Both the position numbers and the translations under genes were made by a program. Positions 1 to 9,610 of a stretch of 64,000 nt of DNA are shown here, piece by piece (the first letter of the stretch is position 1; each line of letters starts with the position of its first letter). Under the pieces are notes generated by a model. That model had not been told where the DNA came from, ran no database searches, and worked only from the letters and a program-made list of their open reading frames with translations. This stretch comes from an uncultured Chlamydiae bacterium (GTDB lineage Bacteria; Chlamydiota; Chlamydiia; Chlamydiales; Parachlamydiaceae): assembly GCA_963754655.1 (NCBI GenBank), contig CAVWGN010000001.1:2272001-2336000 (forward strand), written 5' to 3'.

Positions 1-75
1 AAACTTAGGGATTTTTTCTTTTTATTAATAACCTATTTAGGCTAATTTAGAAAAAATTTTAAGGTCGCTACCGCT

Positions 76-2163
76 TTACTTTTCTTCCTCTTGACTATTT
101 AAGGCTTCTTCAAGGTCGGATATTAACTGTTTTTCGTCCGCGTGTTCTTGAAAAAGCGTCTTTATTTTTTTAGTGGATGTGATATCGCGCGGAGTATTAC
201 CCCATACATTTTTTATATCTACTTTTGCACCCTGTTTTAAAAACCATTTAACAATACGTGTACATTTTATTTGAACAGCTAAATGAAGAGCCGTATTGTT
301 ATCTTTATTTACTTGATCAATTGAAATTCCTTTTTTAAGAAGAACAGACAGGAATTTGACTTCTCTTTTTGCCAATACCACTTGATGTAATAGGGAATTT
401 CCTTTTTCATCTTTCGTTTTAAGGCTTTCGTATGTTATAGCAGCTTTGAAACTTTGCAAAGATCCTATCTTTGCTAATTCAAATACTCTATTAATCTGTG
501 GTGTTTGAGCTAAATTAGATTCTTCTTTTTTCGCTTTCTTTTGAGAGAGCTCTTTATCTGTTTGTTGATCGTATGAAATAGAATTAGGATCATTTTCCAA
601 AACATCTTCGCGCTTCCTTTTCAAATTGACTGGCTGGAAAGGTTGAAAAGCCGAACTAGATTCCATATTTGCTTGTTGGGGCAAAGAATTGTTCAACAAA
701 GAGGTGTGAAGAGAGGGTAAAGGCATTGCCGGTTGGAGAGGACTAGCTGACCCATTAGGGTTTGGGTTAGGAAGTAAAGGTTGCATAAGCCCTACTGAAT
801 TGGTATTGGAAGGATAAGATGACAAAGGTAGGCTTGGCATCATAGGCTGCATTGAAAGTGGTTGCCCTATCATACCTAGAGTGGGATAAGGATTCGAAGG
901 CTGCATTGAAAGTGGTTGCCCTATCGTATCCAGCGTGGGATAAGGATTCGAATACATAAAATTATTAGATGACACGGGTAGGTTTGGCATCATAGGCTGT
1001 ATGGGAGACCATCCTATCGTAGCCGAATTAAAATTATTATTTAAATTGTTATTTAGGTTGTTATTTAGGTTGTTAAAATTATTGTTTGAATTATTAGAAC
1101 TGTTGTTTAAATTGTTATTGAGATTATTAAACCCATTATTTTGATTATTAAAATTATTACTTAAATTATTGAAATTATTGAAATTATTGTTTCTATTATT
1201 GAAATTATTGTTCTGGTTGTTAGGATTTTTATTTGAATTGTTAATACTATTGTTATGGTTGTTGATATTGTTGTTTGAATTGTTAATATTATTATTTCTG
1301 TTATCGTTCTGGTTGTTGTGATTATTATTTAAGTTGTTAGTGTTGTTTCTGTTATTAACATTATTGTTTTGGTTGTTTAAATTATTGTTTCTGTTATCGT
1401 TCTGGTTGTGGGGGTTATTGTTTAAGTTGTTAGCATTGTTTCTGTTGCTGACATTATTGTTTTGATTATTTAAATTATTATTCGAATTAGATGAAAAAGG
1501 TTGATTTGACACAGGCGATAAGGGAGATGTAAACATTGTCGATTGGAGAGGCGTAAGCGGAGCGGCCGTATTTATTGAACTTATTGGTGCATCTAAGCAC
1601 TTAGTAATTATTTTAGTAAAAAGTGCTGTTTCCTCTGGATGTTCCTCCTGCAAATTAAATAACATTTCAAGCGCAACTTGATTTCCTTCATTGCCTGTTT
1701 TTGCAATAAGCAGAATATCTTTTATCTTTTTGACTGCTGCATCACGAGAAATTATCTTTTTAGTGCTTGATTTTTGATTAGCAGATAGGATTTCTACGTC
1801 ACTCTCCTTTTCTATCTTAGCAGCTGCTTGCCATCTTTTAATGTTGTTTTGAAGATATAAGTTTTTTGTGTAAGTAGAACTTTCTTGTTTACAAAGCGGA
1901 CACAATTTGTCTTTATTCTTTTTAAACCATGCGACAATCGCCTCCTCTTCAAAACTATGCCCACAAATAAGTGTCGAAGGCACTTTCATCACTGTGTGAT
2001 AAATCGGACAATTAAACTCCTCAGGATCCACCTCTAGAGAAACAACTGGAGCCTTATTTAATTGATTTACATTATCTTCATTTGATGGCTTCTCGGCATC
2101 CTCCACCTGTAAGGGGGGGACTTGAACAAAAGGAACAGAAGTTCCATTAGATTGAATATTCAT
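76..2163 (-). CDS. U-box/RING-like, Asn-rich low-complexity and C-terminal ankyrin-repeat protein (putative effector E3 ligase)
   Basis: N-terminal FNCPI..VMKVPSTLICGHSFEEEAIVAWF..LCPLCK; long poly-Asn tract; C-terminal GNSLLH and NNTALHLAV..GAKVDIKNVWGNTP ankyrin repeats. Confidence 0.8.
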   Translation of the reverse strand: MNIQSNGTSVPFVQVPPLQVEDAEKPSNEDNVNQLNKAPVVSLEVDPEEFNCPIYHTVMKVPSTLICGHSFEEEAIVAWFKKNKDKLCPLCKQESSTYTKNLYLQNNIKRWQAAAKIEKESDVEILSANQKSSTKKIISRDAAVKKIKDILLIAKTGNEGNQVALEMLFNLQEEHPEETALFTKIITKCLDAPISSINTAAPLTPLQSTMFTSPLSPVSNQPFSSNSNNNLNNQNNNVSNRNNANNLNNNPHNQNDNRNNNLNNQNNNVNNRNNTNNLNNNHNNQNDNRNNNINNSNNNINNHNNSINNSNKNPNNQNNNFNNRNNNFNNFNNLSNNFNNQNNGFNNLNNNLNNSSNNSNNNFNNLNNNLNNNLNNNFNSATIGWSPIQPMMPNLPVSSNNFMYSNPYPTLDTIGQPLSMQPSNPYPTLGMIGQPLSMQPMMPSLPLSSYPSNTNSVGLMQPLLPNPNPNGSASPLQPAMPLPSLHTSLLNNSLPQQANMESSSAFQPFQPVNLKRKREDVLENDPNSISYDQQTDKELSQKKAKKEESNLAQTPQINRVFELAKIGSLQSFKAAITYESLKTKDEKGNSLLHQVVLAKREVKFLSVLLKKGISIDQVNKDNNTALHLAVQIKCTRIVKWFLKQGAKVDIKNVWGNTPRDITSTKKIKTLFQEHADEKQLISDLEEALNSQEEEK

Positions 2164-2390
2164 ATTTATCCTTAATTAATAAGATATTTAACTGTGAGAT
2201 CCAATTAAACCAATAAAATGTTAAGATAACATAAAGAAACCTAACAAAAAAAAATTTTTCAATTTCTTAAAACAGTCTATTAACTAATCTTTCTACATCA
2301 TTGAAAAAAATCTCTTAAAATGATCTCACAGAAACGATTAAAATCAGGGAGCGCCCAGAAAGAACTTAATTTGAGTCATTAGATATAAGT

Positions 2391-2706
2391 GGGTGTGATT
2401 AAATTTGGGAGTTTATCTTTTTAGCAGATCGATACGAAAGGGTAGAGCGGCGTTAGCCGCTTTCACTGGGAAGCCTCGTATGAAGCGACCTTGCGAGTGG
2501 AATGCGGGGTGTAGGCAAGATAGCATTGAGCTGCGGAAGCAGCGTAAGATCACTCATACCGCTTCCGCGGTTTATATTTTATTGATGCCCACCCCGCATT
2601 TCGCTCGCAAGCTCGCTTCATACGGGGCTTCCCACTGAAAGCGGCTACCGCCGCTCTACCATTATCGATCTGCTAAAAAGATAAACTCCTAGATTTAATC
2701 ACACCC
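2391..2706. mobile_element. Palindromic MITE-like element, family D, copy 1
   Basis: Ends gggtgtgattaaat...atttaatcacaccc with long imperfect inverted arms; flanked by gatataagt / gatataggt (near-perfect 9-bp direct repeat); second copy at 53491-53811. Confidence 0.8.
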
Positions 2707-2782
2707 GATATAGGTTTCAAGCTTTAAAAAAATTTATCAAAACAAATTTAAATTTCGTATGATGAGCAAAAAAGCCTAAGCT

Positions 2783-4009
2783 ATGAATCCCTATACGCCT
2801 CATCTAAATTGGATAGACTCTCAAGAACAAAACTTGTTGTTCAGAGTCCAGCAATGGGTAGCTATTAATTCTTTTTCTTTAAATACTAAAGGCTTAGAAC
2901 AACTGTTAACTTTACTTCAACTCTCTTTTACAATCTTAGGCGGAGAAATTAATTATGTTAGTTTGCCTCCTCAGAATGTTCTGGGTACAAATGGTAGGTT
3001 TTACATTCAGCCTTTAGGAAAAGCGCTTATCATTCGCAAGCGTCCTCAAGCTCCTTTGCAAGTCTTCTTAGGTGGTCATATCGATACTGTTTATTTTCCC
3101 ACAAGCCCCTTTCAATCTATTGAAGAAATCAAGCCTGGGATTTGGAGAGGACCTGGAGTGGCGGATATGAAAGGAGGAATCGCCATTCTTTTGACTGCTT
3201 TAGAAGCTTTGGAGCGATCTTCATTTGCCACGCACATAGGTTGGGAAATTTTACTCACGCCTGATGAAGAAATTGGCTCTCCAGGTTCTGCATTTCTTTA
3301 TGAATCCGCCGCTCAACGCCATCAATGTGGTTTGATTTTTGAGCCTAGTTTTCCTGATGGGGCCTTTGTCAGTCAACGCAAAGGCTCAGCCACCTACACA
3401 ATTGCCGTCCAGGGAAAAGCTGCGCATGTCGGACGCGATTATTCCCAAGGTCGTAGTGCAGTATTTGCCTTAACACGCTTCATTCATAAATTAGAACATC
3501 TGATCAATGAAGATCTCATGATCAATGTCACCGATCTTGAAGGAAAAGGACCCGTCAATATTGTTCCTTCTTTTGCTAGCTGTCGCGTTAACTTACGCAC
3601 TTCAAATCCAAATACTTTGCAGCAAATTCCCATCCATTTACAAAAATATGCAAAAGAATGCGAACAAGAAGGAATTCGCATTGAGATGGTGCAAGACTCT
3701 TTTCGAGCACCTAAACCTTTTGATTCTTATACACAAAAGTTGTTTGAAGGGTATGCTCATTGTGCTCATGATTTAGATATTCCCTTTCAAACGCGTCCAA
3801 CAGGAGGCGTCTGTGATGGCAATATTCTAGCAAGATCTGGTCTTCCAACATTGGATACAGCTGGTGTCATCGGAGGAGCACTTCATACTCTTGATGAATA
3901 TCTGATCTGTTCCAGCCTTGTAGAACGAGCCAAACTTACCGCTCTCTTCCTCTTTAAATTAGCTTCTAAAGAAATTGTCATTTCAAGGGAGGCTGCGCAT
4001 GGAAAATGA
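2783..4009 (+). CDS. M20 family metallohydrolase, probable succinylglutamate desuccinylase substitute in the ast operon
   Basis: GHIDTV, GPGVADMKGG, DEEIGS and GALHT motifs; first gene of the ast cluster. Confidence 0.75.
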   Translation: MNPYTPHLNWIDSQEQNLLFRVQQWVAINSFSLNTKGLEQLLTLLQLSFTILGGEINYVSLPPQNVLGTNGRFYIQPLGKALIIRKRPQAPLQVFLGGHIDTVYFPTSPFQSIEEIKPGIWRGPGVADMKGGIAILLTALEALERSSFATHIGWEILLTPDEEIGSPGSAFLYESAAQRHQCGLIFEPSFPDGAFVSQRKGSATYTIAVQGKAAHVGRDYSQGRSAVFALTRFIHKLEHLINEDLMINVTDLEGKGPVNIVPSFASCRVNLRTSNPNTLQQIPIHLQKYAKECEQEGIRIEMVQDSFRAPKPFDSYTQKLFEGYAHCAHDLDIPFQTRPTGGVCDGNILARSGLPTLDTAGVIGGALHTLDEYLICSSLVERAKLTALFLFKLASKEIVISREAAHGK

Positions 4010-5375
4010 TCATTCCTTGATTGCCTCGCACTTTAAGCATGATGCACGCATTGTAGAAGCAAAAAAATTGTTAAGGGAAACGATTCATAGCTATCAGCAA
4101 TCCATTACTGCCATTCGGCCCCCTCAATCTGACTTGATTCAACCTTACGAAGACATCTTAAATACTTTTACTACTCTTCGAGGGGGCAAGCTTTATTTTC
4201 CTTATTTAGGAAGCGGATGGGGACATGGCCCGCTTGTTGAACTTCTGGACGGAAGCGTCAAATATGACATGATCAGTGGAATTGGTCCTCATTTTTGGGG
4301 GCATAGCTATCCTCCCTTGATGGAAGTCTCGATTGATGCGGCCATGAGTGATACGATCATGCAAGGACATTTACAACAAAATCAAGAAGCCTTCTTGCTT
4401 TCTCAGCTTCTTGTCAAAACTTCAGGGCTTGACCACTGTTTCTTATCATCTTCCGGCGCTATGGCTAATGAGAATGCGCTCAAGATCATGTTTCAATATA
4501 CATTTCCCGCCTATCGAATTCTGACGTTTGAGCAATGCTTTATGGGGCGAACTCTTGCTCTTTCACAACTCACTGATAAGCCTGCTTTCCGTGAAGGTTT
4601 GCCCTCTTTCTTGCCTGTTGATTATGTTCCTTTTTATCAAGCAGGAGATCCAGAAGGCAGCACGCAGCATGCTTTAAAAGTTCTTCAACAACACCTCACA
4701 CGTTATCCTCATCAGCATGCTGGAATGTGCTTCGAACTGATTCAAGGAGAAGGAGGCTTTCATGCCGGCACGACTCATTTTTTTGTCACTCTTATGCGCG
4801 TTCTTAAAGAATATCGCATTCCTATCTTCATTGATGAAATTCAGACTTTTGGACGTACCCCACAGCTTTTTGCATATCAATATTTTAAATTAGAAGATTA
4901 TGTTGATGTTGTCTCTATTGGCAAGTTATCGCAAGTTTGCGCTACCCTCTTTCGATCTAGTTTAAAACCCAAATTAGGATTATTGAGCCAAACTTTTACG
5001 AGCAGTACTATCGCTCTACAAACCAGTTATTGGATTGTGCAACACTTAATTTCGGATCATTTCTTCGGCCCCGATGGAAAATTAATATACCTCCACACTC
5101 GGTTTGAAGAACATTTTAAACGAATTGAAGCTCAATGGCCTGATCGCATTCAAGGACCTTATGGGATAGGTGCAATGGTGATTTTTACTCCCTTTGATGG
5201 CGAAGCGCAGCGAGTGGCACGCTTCGTTCAAGATCTATTTCAAGCAGGAGTCATTGCATTTGTCGCAGGCAGCCAGCCCACACGTGTACGGTTTTTGATT
5301 CCAGCTGGCATCATGACTTTAGAAGATGTCGATGCTGTGATGCAAATAGTGGAAAAAGTTCTGATCCAAGAGTAA
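3999..5375 (+). CDS. astC: Class III aminotransferase (succinylornithine aminotransferase-like)
   Basis: SGAMANENALK, ELIQGEGG, DEIQT and SIGK motifs; ATG at 3999 preceded by agggagg; context with astA/D/B. Confidence 0.7.
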   Translation: MENDHSLIASHFKHDARIVEAKKLLRETIHSYQQSITAIRPPQSDLIQPYEDILNTFTTLRGGKLYFPYLGSGWGHGPLVELLDGSVKYDMISGIGPHFWGHSYPPLMEVSIDAAMSDTIMQGHLQQNQEAFLLSQLLVKTSGLDHCFLSSSGAMANENALKIMFQYTFPAYRILTFEQCFMGRTLALSQLTDKPAFREGLPSFLPVDYVPFYQAGDPEGSTQHALKVLQQHLTRYPHQHAGMCFELIQGEGGFHAGTTHFFVTLMRVLKEYRIPIFIDEIQTFGRTPQLFAYQYFKLEDYVDVVSIGKLSQVCATLFRSSLKPKLGLLSQTFTSSTIALQTSYWIVQHLISDHFFGPDGKLIYLHTRFEEHFKRIEAQWPDRIQGPYGIGAMVIFTPFDGEAQRVARFVQDLFQAGVIAFVAGSQPTRVRFLIPAGIMTLEDVDAVMQIVEKVLIQE

Positions 5376-5384
5376 TGAAACATT

Positions 5385-6398
5385 ATGATTATCATTCGAC
5401 CTATCAGAAGAAAAGATCAAGATATTTTTGCAGAATTTTCTTTTGAATCTTTATTGGGCATGACCAATTTGCCTCGCAATCGAGAGAAATTACTCGAAAA
5501 AATTATTCATTCTGAAACAAGCTTTCTTGAAAATATTCAGGAATCGGGCAAAGAAGAATATTACTTTGTCTTAGAAGATTTGGCCACCGGGCGCATTGGC
5601 GGCACCTGTGGTATTTTAGCACACAGCACGGAAAGCTTTCGTTATTGTTATCGTATTGAAAATATTCATACGCATGCTAAGCAGAGTTTTGCGCCCAAAG
5701 AGCTTAAAATTCTCAAAGTTGTTCCCAATCCTCCTAATTCCTCAGAAATTTGTGCCCTTTACCTCCAACCCACCTTTCGCCATAGCGGACAAGGTCGCTT
5801 GCTTTCTCTCAGTCGTTTTCTATTTATTGCTGGACATCGTCAAAGATTTAGAAAAAAAATGGTTGCAGAAATGCGCGGTTATATCGATCAACGTCAAATT
5901 TCTCCTTTTTGGGAAGGTGTAGGACGCCATTTTTGCGATTTATCTTTTGTCGAGCTCATGGCTCAAATTGATTTAACTCATCATTTTATTCCTGAAATTC
6001 TTCCACAATTTCCCATTTATATTGAGTTATTACCTAAAGAAACTCAAGAGGTCATTGGAAAAATCCATGATAGCACTAAGCCAGCCTATCAAATGCTCTT
6101 ACAAGAAAACTTTTCTTTTAATCAAGAAATCGACATTTTTGAGGGTGGGCCCATTTTATCGGCAACGACATCGGAAATTCGCACGATTAAAAACAGCGCT
6201 TTAATTCAGGTTGATGTTGCAAAAGAAGGATTAATAGGGGAAATGGAATATATTTTATCGAATGAGCGTCTTGATTTCAGAGCATGTTTTGGAAAAATGC
6301 AAATGATTTCTAAAACACATGCCTTGATCAATGAAGAAGTCGCAAGCGCTCTGCAAATCAATAGAAAGGATCGCATTCGCTACGTCAATATTCATTAA
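5385..6398 (+). CDS. astA: Arginine N-succinyltransferase
   Basis: IIRP start, GMTNLP, GRLLSLSRFLFI, AEMRG, SPFWEGVGRHF and DIFEGGP motifs. Confidence 0.92.
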   Translation: MIIIRPIRRKDQDIFAEFSFESLLGMTNLPRNREKLLEKIIHSETSFLENIQESGKEEYYFVLEDLATGRIGGTCGILAHSTESFRYCYRIENIHTHAKQSFAPKELKILKVVPNPPNSSEICALYLQPTFRHSGQGRLLSLSRFLFIAGHRQRFRKKMVAEMRGYIDQRQISPFWEGVGRHFCDLSFVELMAQIDLTHHFIPEILPQFPIYIELLPKETQEVIGKIHDSTKPAYQMLLQENFSFNQEIDIFEGGPILSATTSEIRTIKNSALIQVDVAKEGLIGEMEYILSNERLDFRACFGKMQMISKTHALINEEVASALQINRKDRIRYVNIH

Positions 6399-6418
6399 AC
6401 TTGTAATTGATACCCATT

Positions 6419-7909
6419 ATGTTTGAACACAGCAGTCTCTTCATCAACAATCAGTGGAAATCAGGATCGGGCGATCTTTTTTCCTCCCTTAATCCTGCCA
6501 CTGGAGAAATCATTTGGCAAGGAAAAGAAGCGTCGCAAGCAGATGTTGAAGATGCTGTAAGCTGTGCTCAACAAGCCTTTGAAAAATGGTCTTCTTTGCT
6601 TATTGATGAACGCTCGCGTTTACTAGTGGAGTTTAGCGAAATTCTGCGCGATTCTCAACGTGACTTTGCCGAAATCATTTCCAAGGAAACAGGCAAAACG
6701 TTGTGGGATTCGCTTGGTGAAGTAGAATCCATGATCAATAAAGTGAACATTTCTCTTGAAGCTTATGGCCGACGATGCGCAGGAATGATCCGCGATCAAC
6801 CGCATGCCCGTTCCATTACACGCCATCGCCCTCATGGAGTCATCGCCGTTCTTGGCCCCTATAACTTTCCCGGACATCTTCCTAACGGACATATTATCCC
6901 TGCTCTTTTAGCAGGAAATACCATTGTATTTAAACCTAGTGAATTCACTCCATGGGTTGCAGAAGAAACGCTTCGCTTGTGGCAAAAAGCAGGTCTTCCT
7001 CCAGGGGTACTGAATTTAGTTCAAGGAGGACGCCAAACAGGACAAGCGCTAATTCATCATCCTGGCATACAAGGTATTTTCTTTACAGGCAGCTATTCGA
7101 CCGGTCTCATGCTTGCTCAATTATTTAATGCCCAAACTTCAAAAATTTTAGCTCTTGAAATGGGCGGAAATAATCCTTTGGTAATAGGAGAGATCTCTGA
7201 TCTTCATGCAGCAGCGTATGCAATTATTCAATCTGCTTATTTAAGCGCTGGACAACGCTGCACCTGTGCAAGACGGCTCATCATTCCCAATAATCCAAAT
7301 GGGGAAGATTTAATCGCTATCCTTATTGAAATGATGAAGGGTTTATCTATTGGACCTTATACTCAATTACCCGAACCCTTTATAGGTCCACTTATTTCAG
7401 AGCAACATGTAAAAAAAATTTTAGACACTCAGAAAATTTTGAGATCCAAAGGAGGAGTTTCTCTTGTCGAGATGCGCCACTTACAACCAGGCACAGGTTT
7501 TATTTCACCAGGATTGATGGATGTTACATCTATCGAAAATCGGCCAGATGAAGAAATTTTCGGTCCTTTTTTACAAGTTATTCGAGTGAATGATTTTCAA
7601 GAAGCTATTGAGGAAGCCAATCATACTCAATTTGGCTTATCTGCTGGTTTATTAAGTCAAAAACAAGAAGAATATGCTTATTTTTTCAAATATATTCGGG
7701 CAGGAATTGTCAATTGGAACGCTCCACTTACGGGCGCCAGCAGTACAGCTCCTTTTGGAGGAATTAAATGCAGTGGCAACCACCGTCCGAGCGCTTATTA
7801 TGCAGCAGACTATTGTGCTTATCCAATAGCCTCTTTGGAAACACCTGAATTGAAAATGCCTTCTTTTTTTTCACCTGGCATTCATTTGCACTTAAAAAAA
7901 GATAACTGA
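6419..7909 (+). CDS. astD: Succinylglutamate-semialdehyde dehydrogenase
   Basis: GPYNFPGHLPNGHIIPALLAGN, LALEMGGNNP, GQRCTCARR and SGNHRPSAYYAADYCAYP; ATG at 6419 (ORF track starts at 6407). Confidence 0.93.
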   Translation: MFEHSSLFINNQWKSGSGDLFSSLNPATGEIIWQGKEASQADVEDAVSCAQQAFEKWSSLLIDERSRLLVEFSEILRDSQRDFAEIISKETGKTLWDSLGEVESMINKVNISLEAYGRRCAGMIRDQPHARSITRHRPHGVIAVLGPYNFPGHLPNGHIIPALLAGNTIVFKPSEFTPWVAEETLRLWQKAGLPPGVLNLVQGGRQTGQALIHHPGIQGIFFTGSYSTGLMLAQLFNAQTSKILALEMGGNNPLVIGEISDLHAAAYAIIQSAYLSAGQRCTCARRLIIPNNPNGEDLIAILIEMMKGLSIGPYTQLPEPFIGPLISEQHVKKILDTQKILRSKGGVSLVEMRHLQPGTGFISPGLMDVTSIENRPDEEIFGPFLQVIRVNDFQEAIEEANHTQFGLSAGLLSQKQEEYAYFFKYIRAGIVNWNAPLTGASSTAPFGGIKCSGNHRPSAYYAADYCAYPIASLETPELKMPSFFSPGIHLHLKKDN

Positions 7910-7918
7910 GGAACCATC

Positions 7919-9298
7919 ATGGAAGTGAATTTTGATGGCCTTATTGGTCCGACTCATAATTATAGTGGATTATCGTATGGTAATATTGCTTCCATGCAAC
8001 ATGGTCAATTAATTTCCAACCCCAAAAAAGCTGCCCTGCAAGGTTTAACCAAAATGCACACTTTGATGACATTAGGGATTAAACAAGCCATTTTACCACC
8101 TCACGAGCGTCCTTTTTTGCCTATTTTGCATGCTTTGGGCTTTACAGGATCAGAGACAGAAATTCTAGAAAAAGCATGGAAAGCGGATCCTAAAATCTTC
8201 ATGGCCTGTAGTTCAGCAGCTTGTATGTGGACCGCCAATGCAGCCACTGTTTCTCCTTCTGCCGATTCAAATGATGAACGGGTCCATTTTACTCCGGCCA
8301 ATCTGCTTAGCATGTTTCATCGCTCTTTTGAGGCGGCTACTACCGGATTAATTCTTTTTCGCATTTTCAATCATCAAGCTTATTTCGTTCATCACCATCC
8401 CCTTCCGTATCACTCTGATTTTGCCGACGAAGGAGCAGCCAATCATACTCGCTTTTGCCGAAGCATTGATCAACCAGGGATTCAACTTTTTGTCTATGGT
8501 CGATCGATTTCCGCTGCCAATCAAACCCAACCGAAAAAGTTTCCTACGCGTCAAACAGATGAAGCTTCGAAAGCATTGGCTCGCCTTCATCGCCTTTCTC
8601 CCTCACGTATTGTCTTTGCTCAGCAACATCCTGATGCCATTGATGCCGGTGCCTTTCATAATGATGTCATTTCGGTCGGCAATCAAAATGTTTTCCTCTA
8701 TCATGAGCAAGCCTTTGTCAATACGTCAAATGTCATCCGGCAGCTGCAAAGCCAAATGGAAACTCATTGTCAAATCCCTCTGATTGCCTTAGAGGTTAAG
8801 AAAGAAAATGTGACGCTGGAAGAGGCTGTCAAAACTTACTTATTTAATTCTCAAATTGTGACTCTTCCTGATCAAACAATGGCTCTAATCGCTCCTCAAG
8901 AATGCCAATCTTCTTCCTCCGTTCATGCTTTTCTTCAAAGCTTGCTTGAAAATAAGGAACAACCAATCCGTCAAGTGATTTATCAAAATATTCGCGAAAG
9001 CATGCACAACGGCGGCGGTCCAGCCTGCCTACGCTTACGCGTTGCTTTGAAAAAGAAAGAATATGAAGCCATGCATTCTCATGTCCTATTGACAGAAGAT
9101 CTTTATCAAAAGCTTGTCAAATGGGTCGAAAAGCATTACCGCGATCAATTGCTTCCCAAGGATTTAACCGATCCTCAATTGTTTAAAGAAGGACGCCAAG
9201 CTTTAGATGAGCTTTCCCGCCTTTTGCAACTTGGCTCTATTTATCCTTTTCAAAGAATAATGGGACCTCTCCCCCCTCTGCCAGAGAAGCGTTCATGA
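7919..9298 (+). CDS. astB: N-succinylarginine dihydrolase
   Basis: EVNFDGLIGPTHNYSGLSYGN, DEGAANHTR, FHNDVISVGN and ESMHNGGGPACLRLRV. Confidence 0.95.
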   Translation: MEVNFDGLIGPTHNYSGLSYGNIASMQHGQLISNPKKAALQGLTKMHTLMTLGIKQAILPPHERPFLPILHALGFTGSETEILEKAWKADPKIFMACSSAACMWTANAATVSPSADSNDERVHFTPANLLSMFHRSFEAATTGLILFRIFNHQAYFVHHHPLPYHSDFADEGAANHTRFCRSIDQPGIQLFVYGRSISAANQTQPKKFPTRQTDEASKALARLHRLSPSRIVFAQQHPDAIDAGAFHNDVISVGNQNVFLYHEQAFVNTSNVIRQLQSQMETHCQIPLIALEVKKENVTLEEAVKTYLFNSQIVTLPDQTMALIAPQECQSSSSVHAFLQSLLENKEQPIRQVIYQNIRESMHNGGGPACLRLRVALKKKEYEAMHSHVLLTEDLYQKLVKWVEKHYRDQLLPKDLTDPQLFKEGRQALDELSRLLQLGSIYPFQRIMGPLPPLPEKRS

Positions 9299-9610
9299 AA
9301 TGACTTACATTTGTCAAGTCATCAAACTAAGTTTTCAACTTGATTACCATTATTACTCTCAATTAAAACTAACTTAAAATAATCAAGAATTCTTAACAAA
9401 ACTTCCTAGGCTCATTTTCAATAAAGTTTTTATAATTATTCAAATAAATATAGAAAGTTTTTTATTAATACGTAATAATTTGGCAATCGTTTTAATACAT
9501 AGACTTATAAAATTAAATACATTAAAATAATAAAATACAAAATTAATACCATAATTAAATTATGAAATTAATCAAAATACTATATTAAAAAATTTAATTA
9601 AAAAAAACTC

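Noticed and set aside
2405..2638. 77-aa ORF, and similar ORFs at 53485-53721 and 53603-53803
   Set aside because: All lie within family D palindromes and the frames are not preserved between copies; judged non-coding.
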